A stretch of 64,000 bases of DNA from Thermoanaerobaculia bacterium (GTDB lineage Bacteria; Acidobacteriota; Thermoanaerobaculia; Multivoradales; Multivoraceae), in assembly GCA_963664405.1 (NCBI GenBank), contig OY761158.1, positions 5,280,001-5,344,000 on the forward strand, read 5' to 3'. The notes below the pieces were generated by a model. That model worked only from the letters and a program-made list of their open reading frames with translations. It was not told the DNA's origin and searched no databases. A program made the translations under genes and the position numbers. This document shows positions 9,446-18,328 of the stretch, piece by piece; the first letter of the stretch is position 1; each line of letters starts with the position of its first letter.

Positions 9446-11281
9446 TCAGTCGAGGTCGAAGCCGCTCTCGTAGCCGGCTGCCGCTTGCCGTTCGCGAGTC
9501 GGCTGCTCTTCTTTGAGAAGCAGGTAGTCCTCGAGCACGAGAGCGTCCATCTCGGTTGCCATGAAGCAGCGATAGGCGTCCTCCAGAGAGCACACGATCG
9601 GCTCGCCCCGAACGTTGAAGGAGGTGTTGATCACTACCGGGCAGCCGGTCCGCTTCTCGAAGGCGCCAATCAGCTTGGCGTAACGTGGGTGACGATCTTC
9701 GTCCACGGTTTGGAGACGGGCGGAACCGTCGACGTGGGTTACGGCAGGAATCTCTGAACGGGGTAGTTTGAGACGGTCGAGGCCTTCCAGACCGCCGTGG
9801 TCGGTCACTTCGGTGCGCTTGTCGGGATGCACTTGCGCTACCAGAAGCATGTAGGGACTGTCTTCTTGGTCCCGGGTTTCGAAGAAATCGTGCACACGGC
9901 GGCGGAGCACCGAGGGCGCGAACGGCCTAAAAGACTCGCGGTACTTGATCTTCAGGTTCATCACCGTCTGCATCTCGGGCTCGCGGGGATCGCCGATGAT
10001 GCTGCGACTTCCTAGAGCGCGGGGGCCGAACTCCATCGCGCCCTGAAAGAGACCGACAACTTTGTTCTTGCTGAGAAGATCTGCGACCTCGTCGACGAGC
10101 TCGTCCTCTTCGCTGAAACCGCGATTGGGGATCGACCGCTGGTCGAGAAAAGCTCCGATCTGCTCGTTGCTGAAGCGGGGGCCCAAGAGAGAGCCTTTTT
10201 GGCGATCTCGGTCTGTGCCCACACGCGAGTTGCCGAGAAGCTGGTACCAGATGAAGAGGGCGACGCCGAGCGAGCCTCCGGCGTCGCCGGCTGCCGGCTG
10301 CACCCACACCTCGTCGAAGGGGCCCTCACGAAGGAGGCGCCCGTTGGCCACGCAGTTCAGAGCCACGCCTCCTGCCAGGCACAGATTGCGCTGACCTGTG
10401 CGTCTGTGAACGTGATTCGCCATGCGCAGGACGATGTCCTCGGTGACTTTCTGTATTGAAGCCGCCAAGTCCATCTCTCGCTGGGTGATCGGGCTCTCCG
10501 GTGCCCGGGGTGGACCGTCGAAGAGTCGCGCGAAGGCTGGACCGGTCATGGTGAGCCCCTGGCAATAATTGAAGAAGGACATATCCATGCGAAACGATCC
10601 ATCCTCTTTCAAGTCGAGCAGGCGCTCCTTGATGATGTCGGCGTAACGTGGCTCGCCGTAGGGAGCGAGCCCCATCAGTTTGTACTCTCCTGAGTTGACC
10701 TTGAAGCCACAGAAGTAGGTGAAGGCGGAGTAGAGAAGGCCGAGGCTGTGGGGAAAGTGAAGCTCCTGGATCAGCTCGATCTGGTTCCCTCTGCCGGTGC
10801 CGAGGCTCGCGGTCGTCCATTCGCCCACTCCGTCGACGGTGAGAATCGCGGCCTCTTCGAATTGCGAAGGGAAGAAGGCACTGGCGGCGTGGGACTCGTG
10901 GTGCTCGGTGAAGACGAAGCGCTTGTCATAGGCGCCATCGAGGCCGCGCCTCAGTGCTCTGCGTGTGTGCAGCTTCTCGTTGAGCCATACCGTCATGGCC
11001 TTGCGAAACGAGCCGAAGCCACGCGGCGCAAACGCCAGATAGGTCTCCAGGAGGCGCTCGAATTTGAGTAGTGGCTTATCGTAGAAGCCGACATAGTCGA
11101 GGTCGCCTGCTTCCAGGCCGGCAGCGTCGAGGCAGTAGCCGATCGCGTTGACCGGAAAGTCCTGGTCGTGCTTTTTTCGCGTGAAGCGCTCTTCTTGGGC
11201 GGCGGCGACGATCTCGCCGTCGACAACGAGGGCGGCGGCCGAGTCATGGTAGAAGGCGGAAATACCGAGAATGGAAGTCAC
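9446..11281 (-). CDS. O-carbamoyltransferase (NodU/CmcH/SxtI family)
   Basis: ILGISAFYHDSAA, EHHESHAASAF, GEYKLMGLAPYG, GGVALNCVANG, EFGPRALG and NTSFNVRGEP motifs. GTG start at 11281. Confidence 0.95.
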   Translation of the reverse strand: MTSILGISAFYHDSAAALVVDGEIVAAAQEERFTRKKHDQDFPVNAIGYCLDAAGLEAGDLDYVGFYDKPLLKFERLLETYLAFAPRGFGSFRKAMTVWLNEKLHTRRALRRGLDGAYDKRFVFTEHHESHAASAFFPSQFEEAAILTVDGVGEWTTASLGTGRGNQIELIQELHFPHSLGLLYSAFTYFCGFKVNSGEYKLMGLAPYGEPRYADIIKERLLDLKEDGSFRMDMSFFNYCQGLTMTGPAFARLFDGPPRAPESPITQREMDLAASIQKVTEDIVLRMANHVHRRTGQRNLCLAGGVALNCVANGRLLREGPFDEVWVQPAAGDAGGSLGVALFIWYQLLGNSRVGTDRDRQKGSLLGPRFSNEQIGAFLDQRSIPNRGFSEEDELVDEVADLLSKNKVVGLFQGAMEFGPRALGSRSIIGDPREPEMQTVMNLKIKYRESFRPFAPSVLRRRVHDFFETRDQEDSPYMLLVAQVHPDKRTEVTDHGGLEGLDRLKLPRSEIPAVTHVDGSARLQTVDEDRHPRYAKLIGAFEKRTGCPVVINTSFNVRGEPIVCSLEDAYRCFMATEMDALVLEDYLLLKEEQPTRERQAAAGYESGFDLD

Positions 11282-11393
11282 GATTGTCGTGGGGGGAGCG
11301 GCTGCGAGCTCTGATACGCCGGTAGAATGGGCGAGGTTGGCGATTCTGGAGCAGAGCCGCCCGGTTGCGCGGATACTATAGAGCAAGCACAGT

Positions 11394-13697
11394 TTGATTC
11401 CTCATTGCTGGCGCACACGACTCGCCTTCTCAGTCCTCATGTGCCTTGCACTGGGTTGTCGAGGTGAGAAGGTACCTGTCGGTGCCGGAGACCCGCCGTT
11501 CATGGTGGAGCTTGTTCGCGCCGGCTCGTTCTCGGTCGGCGGGTCTGGGCTCTCCGCCGAGGCGCCCCTGAGCTTCGAGAGCACGCCGCGGATCGCAAGG
11601 GTCGGGAGCGGCTCTCATTGGCGCACCGCCGTGCTAACAGAGCCCGGCACCTGGTCCTGGAAGCTGACGGTGCCGTCAGGTGGCTCGCTTCATCTCGGGG
11701 TCGAGGTGTTCGGGCCGGATGGGGCCACGCCTCCGACCATGGAGGCGGTCGTGGCAGTGGTCTCACCCGAGCGCCGCAAGGTCGTTCGCGTCGTCTCCCC
11801 TCAGGAGCTCGACTCTCCAGGCTGGTTGGACCTGACTCTCGACCTGGCCCGCTGGTCGGGTGACGAAGTCATATGCGAGGTCTCGACCCGAGTTCTGGAC
11901 GTGGAGGCCCGCCCGATGCCGGGAGTCGAGCTCGCATGGTCACCAACCCGAGTGGTTTCGTCAGATGCTCGCAGAGCGGGGAAGGCGCCCAATATCGTGC
12001 TTGTCGTCATCGACACTCTTCGCTACGACTTCTTGTCGGCTTACGGTGCAGGCCGCTGGGCGAGCCCGCGTATGGCTTCGACTCTCGAGCGCCGGGGTGC
12101 GGTCTTCGAGCAAGCTTATGCTCAGGCCCCCTGGACTCTTCCGTCGATGATCTCCCTGATGACAGGAACGCACCCCGCGGAGATCCTCGGCCGTGATCCC
12201 GCCGCGTATGCGGTTCCAACGGATCTCGTGACCTTGCCGGAGCGTCTTCAGCATGCGGGCTACGAGACCGCAGCCTTCATCGGCAACCCTACCCTCCACC
12301 ACGGCAACGGTTTCGCGAGAGGACTGGACGAGCTGTATATCTCTCCGGCGGAGAATGCCTTCGTCTCCTCCATTGAGGACGAGGTCATTACTGTCAAGGC
12401 TTCGAGTTGGCTGGGCAGTCGTGGCTCCGCGGCCTTCTTCCTCTACGTCCACTATCTGGCCCCCCATGACCCCTATTCGAACTCGGTGCAGTTCCTCGGT
12501 CGTTCTCTACGTCGCCCCTTCTACTTCGGTCGTATTACCGGCCTCGACGTCCATGACCTCTTTCTCGGTACCAAGACACTCGACGATCCGTCCGCCGATC
12601 TTCGCCATCTTCGCGCTCTCTACGCCACCGAGGTTCGATACGTGGATCGCTGGCTGGGTCGTCTCTTCGCGGCGGTTCCGGAGAGACTCCTCGAAGACAC
12701 GCTTTTTGTTGTCACTGCCGACCATGGCGAAGAGTTGCTCGACCACGGCGGCTGGAAGCACGGCCGCACGCTTTACGAAGAACAGCTGCGAGTGCCGTTA
12801 CTGGTTCGTTGGGACGGGAAGGTCGAGCCTGGAAAGCGCATCTCCTCACCGGCTCGCCTGATGGATATCGCCCCGACCCTGCTTCAGGCGGCAGGCCTCG
12901 AGGCCGATAGCGGCTCGGGTCGCAGCCTGCTGCCTCTTCTGGTGGGCTCCTCTGGGCTCGATGAGGTGGACCTCTACGCTGAGCAGCTCAACTTCGGCCC
13001 GCGCAAGGTCTCCGTCACTTCCGGCGGCGAGAAGCTGATCCTCTTCGACGTGAACGAGCGAACGAAAGTGGAAAGCAAGCTGCAGCAGCGACTGCTCGAG
13101 AGCGAGAGCGAGCGCATTCCACGCGCTGCGGTTTACGATTTGAGATCGGATCCCGGCGAGCAGACGAATCTGATCGAGCAGGCGCCAACCACGGTTCGGC
13201 GCCTGCTGCCGTTACTCCATCGCAGAATGGGGCGCACGACGGCCGGTTTGCGTGTTGTCGCCAGTGCTGTCCCCTCTGGAGGCACACTCGAGGTCAGGCT
13301 TCGCTTCGATGTCGAGCCTGAGGCTCTCTCTTCCTATTTCTTGGCGGCTGACGACCGGGTGGCGCTCGAGGGGCGAGATCTGCAGCTCGAGCTCGGCTCC
13401 GATGTGATCGATAAAGGCGTGCTGGTGAAGGGGGCGTTTCAGAGTGTGGAGCTGGTCGAGGTGCTCCTCGACGGTCGGCCACTCCCTGAGGGCTCTTTCG
13501 TCACTCTTGCGGGCCCGTCGTCGCCTGCAGAAGCGCTCTCTCTTGACCTCCTGCGAGGGCCGGCGCCGCCCTCCTTGGAGTCGAGTGGGGGAGAACCACG
13601 GCTATGGCTCTGGCTGCCGGAGGCGAAGCCGCCGACGCCTCCCGGAGCCATCAACCCCGAGACCCTGCGTCGCCTGCGAGCGCTGGGCTATGCCTGA
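11394..13697 (+). CDS. Sulfatase-like hydrolase/transferase lipoprotein (alkaline phosphatase superfamily)
   Basis: PNIVLVVIDTLRYD, APWTLPS, HYLAPHDPY, ADHGEE and C-terminal LRALGY motifs; lipobox LALGC. Start uncertain. Confidence 0.85.
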   Translation: MIPHCWRTRLAFSVLMCLALGCRGEKVPVGAGDPPFMVELVRAGSFSVGGSGLSAEAPLSFESTPRIARVGSGSHWRTAVLTEPGTWSWKLTVPSGGSLHLGVEVFGPDGATPPTMEAVVAVVSPERRKVVRVVSPQELDSPGWLDLTLDLARWSGDEVICEVSTRVLDVEARPMPGVELAWSPTRVVSSDARRAGKAPNIVLVVIDTLRYDFLSAYGAGRWASPRMASTLERRGAVFEQAYAQAPWTLPSMISLMTGTHPAEILGRDPAAYAVPTDLVTLPERLQHAGYETAAFIGNPTLHHGNGFARGLDELYISPAENAFVSSIEDEVITVKASSWLGSRGSAAFFLYVHYLAPHDPYSNSVQFLGRSLRRPFYFGRITGLDVHDLFLGTKTLDDPSADLRHLRALYATEVRYVDRWLGRLFAAVPERLLEDTLFVVTADHGEELLDHGGWKHGRTLYEEQLRVPLLVRWDGKVEPGKRISSPARLMDIAPTLLQAAGLEADSGSGRSLLPLLVGSSGLDEVDLYAEQLNFGPRKVSVTSGGEKLILFDVNERTKVESKLQQRLLESESERIPRAAVYDLRSDPGEQTNLIEQAPTTVRRLLPLLHRRMGRTTAGLRVVASAVPSGGTLEVRLRFDVEPEALSSYFLAADDRVALEGRDLQLELGSDVIDKGVLVKGAFQSVELVEVLLDGRPLPEGSFVTLAGPSSPAEALSLDLLRGPAPPSLESSGGEPRLWLWLPEAKPPTPPGAINPETLRRLRALGYA

Positions 13698-13734
13698 GCT
13701 CCGGCCTGCTTACCGGTGCAGCCGTCCCTAGACG

Positions 13735-13765
13735 AAGAAAAGGGCCGGCCTTGCGGCCGACCCTT
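13735..13765 (-). terminator. Rho-independent terminator between convergent genes
   Basis: Minus strand AAGGGTCGGCC-GCAA-GGCCGGCCCTT followed by TTCTT. Confidence 0.65.
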
Positions 13766-13809
13766 GGATCTTCGATGGCGTACTCTGACGCCGCTGAGCT
13801 CGGCTTGGC

Positions 13810-14991
13810 TTACGCCGGCTGGCCGACCACCGAAACGAAGCTCACACAGCGCCCCGGGGCGCCGCCCAGGTTGTGAGTGAGTCCGAGTTTGGGGTCGTCG
13901 ATCTGTCGCGGACCGGCCTCGCCTCGCAGCTGCAGCCACATTTCGTACATCATCCGTAGCCCGCTGGCTCCGATCGGGTGACCGAAGCTCTTGAGCCCGC
14001 CGTCCGGGTTCACCGGCTGATTGCCGGCAAGCTCGAATCGGCCGTTCAGCACGTCCTGCCAAGCCTCTCCTCTGGCGGAGAAACCGAGGTCTTCCATCAG
14101 CACCAGCTCGGTGGGAGTGAAGCAGTCGTGGACTTCGGCCATGGAAATTTCTTCCCTGGCGTCTGTCACACCGGCCTGCTTGTAGGCATCTTCGGCGCTG
14201 GCGACCACCTCAGGGAAGGTCGTGTAGTCGTAGTCCTGCCGCATCGAGCCCTCGGCGGGACCGGCGACGAAGGAGAGAGCCTTGACGAAGATGGGATTGT
14301 CGCAGTACTTGTGAGCGTCCTCAGACCGGCAGACGATCGCCGCCGCGGCTCCATCACTGACACCGGAGCAGTCGAAGATGCCGAGCATGCCTGCGATCTT
14401 CGGTGAGGCCTTGATCTTCTCGATCGAGACTTCCTTCTTGAACTGAGCCCTCTCGTTCCGGGCTCCGTTGTAGTGGTTCTTCCAGGCGATCTTCGACATG
14501 ACGTCTTTGAGGGTGTCCTCATCGACCCCGTACTTCTTGCAGTAGGCGGGCGCCAGGAGCGAGAAGTTCGCCGGTGCTGTTGTCCCCGACTCGGTTCCGT
14601 CGCTGGGCGGCCCACCGCCGGTGAGACCGGAAAAGCCGGAGTCCTTGAGCTTTTCGACGCCGATGGCGCACACCAGGTCGTAGGCGCCGCTAGCTACGGC
14701 GTAGCAGGCATTGCGAAGGGCCTCGCTGCCGGTGGCACACATATTCTCTATCCGGGTTACCGGCTTGTACTGAATCTTCAGGGGAAGAGAAAGGGTCAGA
14801 CCGGAGACACCACTGCCTGTGGTGCCCAACCAATAGGCGTCTACCTGTTCAGCGTCGACACCAGCCGACGTATAAGCGTCGTTGGCGGCGTCGATAAGAA
14901 GGTCACCTGCGCTCTTGTCCCAGCGCTCGCCAAACTCGGTACAGCCCATACCCACGATGGCTACACGATCACGGATTCCATTACTCGACAT
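13810..14991 (-). CDS. SCP2-type thiolase (acetyl-CoA acyltransferase family)
   Basis: ENMCATG, EVHDCF and GHPIGASG motifs. AAGGAG RBS before the ATG at 14991. Confidence 0.9.
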   Translation of the reverse strand: MSSNGIRDRVAIVGMGCTEFGERWDKSAGDLLIDAANDAYTSAGVDAEQVDAYWLGTTGSGVSGLTLSLPLKIQYKPVTRIENMCATGSEALRNACYAVASGAYDLVCAIGVEKLKDSGFSGLTGGGPPSDGTESGTTAPANFSLLAPAYCKKYGVDEDTLKDVMSKIAWKNHYNGARNERAQFKKEVSIEKIKASPKIAGMLGIFDCSGVSDGAAAAIVCRSEDAHKYCDNPIFVKALSFVAGPAEGSMRQDYDYTTFPEVVASAEDAYKQAGVTDAREEISMAEVHDCFTPTELVLMEDLGFSARGEAWQDVLNGRFELAGNQPVNPDGGLKSFGHPIGASGLRMMYEMWLQLRGEAGPRQIDDPKLGLTHNLGGAPGRCVSFVSVVGQPA

Positions 14992-15002
14992 GATTTCTCC
15001 TT

Positions 15003-16388
15003 CTACCTCTGTGGGCGCGCCTTCCAAAAATAGTTGTGAACACCTTCGGCCGTATACATCTTGCGAAAGGTCATTTCCAGCTCATCACCGATCGCCACCT
15101 GCTCCGGGTCGACGTCTGTGAGCTGGCAGTTGATCCTTCCCCCTCGCTCAAAGTCTACCACTGCGGCCACGATCGGTGGCTGCAGAGAATAGCCAAGGTG
15201 ATCGAGAGTGTAGGTGGCGATCTTGCATCCGACGTCGGCGTAGGGCTCTTCTTCCATCTGGTCGGTGGCTCCGCACATCACGCAAACGCGCTGGGGAGGA
15301 AGATTGGCCGAACCGCAAGAGGTGCAGCGGGCGCCGACGAAACCGTATTTCCAGTGCTCGCTGCGCTGCATCGGCGGGCCGGCGGGGCGAGCGGGGTCGG
15401 GGCGACGGGGCGGCTCGAAGGGCATCACCCCTCGCCATTTCAGATAGTTGGTGTAGGCAAGATCGTCGCGCTTGGTCGCGAGCCAGCGCTCGACGCTGTG
15501 CTTCGGTCGATTCGACGCGATCCGATCGCTAACCTCGAGCACGATCGCGTCGGCTCCGTCGGCGCCGCATACGGCGGCGATGCGGTCGCCGGGGGAGGCC
15601 TGATCGAGAACGTTGGCCAACATGATGCCCGCGTGGGCAGATCCTGCACGCCCTATCGTTGCTGCAAAGTCGTCGGCGAGCTGTTCAGGGCTGAGCTTGA
15701 AGGCTCCGGCGAGGGTGCGGTTGACGCGCGGGTTGGTGCTGTCGATGACAAGCTTCGAAATCGAGTCCGGTGCGACCCCCGCCTCTTCGAGGGCCCGCTT
15801 CAGCGTGTCGCTGAGAATGGGAACCATGACGTGGGCGCCGAAGCGCTCCTCCCACTGCCGCGGGAACATCATCTCCGGCGTGCGCCAGGTGTCGAGGAGC
15901 TCTTCGGTAGCCGAGGCGCGGCCGATCACGGTGGCGAGTGATTGGTCGTCGGGCCCGAAGATGAAGGCGGCAGCGCCGTCTCCTCCGGCGGACTCTCTGG
16001 GGCCGCCCGGGGCACCCACGGTGACGTCACTGAGACACAGAAGCGGCGAGCGTCCGGCCGCGGCCAGATCGAAGCCGAGTAGCAGCGACGACAGACCGGC
16101 GCGAGTCGAGCCGCCGATATCGATGCCGGTGATCGAGTTTGGCAGGCTCAGGGCCGCCTGCAGAGTGGCCGCATTGAGTTTCTCGGCATAGGGGGCACTG
16201 ATCGACGAGAAAAGCAGCTGATCGACTGCCGGCCCGTCGCGGAGTGCGTCACGAGCGGCTTCGACCGCCATCGAGGCTGCATCTTCGTCGTAACTTGCGA
16301 CGGCGCGCTCGCCCCGCCCGCTACCGATAGCGGCACGGGTCAGGCGGAAGTAGGGGATGTAGGTTCCGTAGCGAACAATTCCGGGCAA
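15003..16388 (-). CDS. HMG-CoA synthase-like domain fused to a Zn-ribbon/OB-fold (DUF35)
   Basis: ERAVASYDED and GDGAAAF in the N-terminal domain; CTSC..CVMC and ELEMTFRK..YFWKARP at the C-terminus. Confidence 0.88.
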   Translation of the reverse strand: MPGIVRYGTYIPYFRLTRAAIGSGRGERAVASYDEDAASMAVEAARDALRDGPAVDQLLFSSISAPYAEKLNAATLQAALSLPNSITGIDIGGSTRAGLSSLLLGFDLAAAGRSPLLCLSDVTVGAPGGPRESAGGDGAAAFIFGPDDQSLATVIGRASATEELLDTWRTPEMMFPRQWEERFGAHVMVPILSDTLKRALEEAGVAPDSISKLVIDSTNPRVNRTLAGAFKLSPEQLADDFAATIGRAGSAHAGIMLANVLDQASPGDRIAAVCGADGADAIVLEVSDRIASNRPKHSVERWLATKRDDLAYTNYLKWRGVMPFEPPRRPDPARPAGPPMQRSEHWKYGFVGARCTSCGSANLPPQRVCVMCGATDQMEEEPYADVGCKIATYTLDHLGYSLQPPIVAAVVDFERGGRINCQLTDVDPEQVAIGDELEMTFRKMYTAEGVHNYFWKARPQR

Positions 16389-16474
16389 GGGAAGCCTCCT
16401 CTCAGAATAGGTACGTCAAGAGCGAGCGGGATGGCGAAGTTTACTTCATCTCGAGGGCGATTTCCCCACCTCGG

Positions 16475-17062
16475 CTAGCGGTGCTTGCCTACGCTCCAAC
16501 CTGCGGAGGCAAGCGTGTCTTCGGCGTAGCTCCGCGGGCCGTTTTCCAGGCTGGTCGCCAATGTATCGTTCCACCGGTTGAGGAAGCCGAAAAGCGAGAT
16601 CACGGCAACGATCTCGACGATCTCATCGTCGTCGAAGTACCGGCGTAGCTCCTTGAAGTGTTCCTCTTCCACCTGGTTCGGAGTCACGCCCGCGTCCTTG
16701 GCGAGGCGCAGCGCCGCCTTCTCGCGCGGGGAGAATAGTGGGCTCGGCTCGAACTCCCAAACCGCTTGGATCTTTTCGGCAGCGGAGCCGGCCTGCGCCG
16801 CTGAGTGGGATGTGTGTGCCTGACAGTAGCGACAGCCTGCCGCGGCCGAGCTGACCAGAGCGACCAGCTGCTTGAGCTCTCGCGAGAGGCGTCCGGGCTC
16901 GAGAATCGGTTTGGCCAAGGCAGCGAACCCGCGAACCAGAACCGGCCAGCGGGCCATCGTCAACATGCTGTTCGGTACGAAGCCAACCGAATGCTCTACG
17001 GCATCCAGAAGAGGCTTCAATTCGGATAGGTCCGGTCTCTCTAGGGGCTCGACTCTGGCCAA
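16475..17062 (-). CDS. AhpD / carboxymuconolactone decarboxylase family peroxidase-like protein
   Basis: GFVPNS, GCRYCQAH and FGFLNRWND motifs. Confidence 0.88.
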   Translation of the reverse strand: MARVEPLERPDLSELKPLLDAVEHSVGFVPNSMLTMARWPVLVRGFAALAKPILEPGRLSRELKQLVALVSSAAAGCRYCQAHTSHSAAQAGSAAEKIQAVWEFEPSPLFSPREKAALRLAKDAGVTPNQVEEEHFKELRRYFDDDEIVEIVAVISLFGFLNRWNDTLATSLENGPRSYAEDTLASAGWSVGKHR

Positions 17063-17089
17063 TGTTGTCTCCCCTCCGCCTCTTCGTTG

Positions 17090-18328
17090 TCAGCGCAGAC
17101 GGTCCGCTTGCTCTTGCAGTTTGCGGAGCTTCTCCCTGATCTCTCGTTGCTTCTCCAGAAACTCTTCCCGCTTCTTCTGCTGCCATTTCTGGTAGTCGAC
17201 GATCACACCTCCGCGGACGGTGTGGATGCGAGGAAACTTCTGAGCGTCTCCATCTTCGTCAAATTGCAGATTGCCGGTTACTCCTGCGAGAGGCTCCATT
17301 GCACGCATGCCCTTCAGGAAATCACTGGAAAGCGTACTCGCCGAGTACTTCAGGGCTTCGCCCACCACCAGCATGGCGTCATAGCCGTGAGCGGCGAAGA
17401 AGTCGGGGTCGGCACCGTTCGTCTCGCGAAAGCTGCCAACGAACTCCGGCATGCGACCCTCTTCGCTGCCGATGTCGAAAACGGTCATCGTCATGTAAAC
17501 GCCGTCTGCCTTGCTGCCTGCCTGCGCGATGACGGCTGGGTGAGCGAAGGAGGAGGTTGCCATGATGCGCCCGGGGTTGTTCTCTCCGAGCCCGTACCTG
17601 CGATCGCGCAACGCCGCGATCAACGACGCGGTCTGAGGTCCGTTCGCAGCGATATAGATGCCGCTGGGCTTCAGCGCCAGCGCCTGATCCAGGATCTCTC
17701 CCCAGTCCGAGGTTTCGGTGGGGAAGAAGAGAGTCTCTTTGACCTCGCCGTCATACTGACGAAAGGCGTTGGCTATGCCCTCGCCTGTAGCCTCTGCGAA
17801 GGGGCTATCCTCGATCAGAACGACGAGGTCCTGGATCTTCAAGCCCTCACTCGCGAAGTTGGCCATGCCGCTGGCCTCCTTCAGGGTGTTCGGGAAGATG
17901 CGATAGAAGGTTCTGCCTGCCTCGGAGAGCTCATCGCTCGAGGCGGTGGGGGAGAGCAGCACTCTCTGTTGCTGTTTCGAGACCTCGACCATCGCCAGCG
18001 CCTCAGCACTGGTGACTCCGCCGATGATGGCGAGAGCGCCGGCGCCATAGAGGTCGCCGGCAAGACGCGCGGCAGTGTCGGGATCGCCCTTGGAATCGAC
18101 GATCTCGATCTCGACTTCGTAGGGAATGTCCAAATCCTGTTGCACTGTCTCGAAGGCGAGCTCGACTCCAGACTTGATCGACTGTCCGTAGTCGGACATC
18201 GATCCCGTCAGCGGTAGGACGATGCCGAATTTGACCGTTTGGCTGGGTCTACAGCCAAGACCGACGAGGAGGCCCGCCAGCGGAACTACTAGGACGAGGC
18301 GGCGCGCCAGCGTGCCTATGCTTCTCAT
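17090..18328 (-). CDS. LivK-like (PBP type 1) lipoprotein with charged C-terminal helix
   Basis: Lipobox VGLGC, GIVLPLTG, AHGYDA and GVTGNLQFDEDGD motifs. Confidence 0.8.
   Translation of the reverse strand: MRSIGTLARRLVLVVPLAGLLVGLGCRPSQTVKFGIVLPLTGSMSDYGQSIKSGVELAFETVQQDLDIPYEVEIEIVDSKGDPDTAARLAGDLYGAGALAIIGGVTSAEALAMVEVSKQQQRVLLSPTASSDELSEAGRTFYRIFPNTLKEASGMANFASEGLKIQDLVVLIEDSPFAEATGEGIANAFRQYDGEVKETLFFPTETSDWGEILDQALALKPSGIYIAANGPQTASLIAALRDRRYGLGENNPGRIMATSSFAHPAVIAQAGSKADGVYMTMTVFDIGSEEGRMPEFVGSFRETNGADPDFFAAHGYDAMLVVGEALKYSASTLSSDFLKGMRAMEPLAGVTGNLQFDEDGDAQKFPRIHTVRGGVIVDYQKWQQKKREEFLEKQREIREKLRKLQEQADRLR

Noticed and set aside
8825-11281. Saxitoxin biosynthesis cluster
   Set aside because: Only the sxtIJK-like trio is present. 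There is no sxtA, sxtG or other core gene, and the trio is widespread in non-producers.
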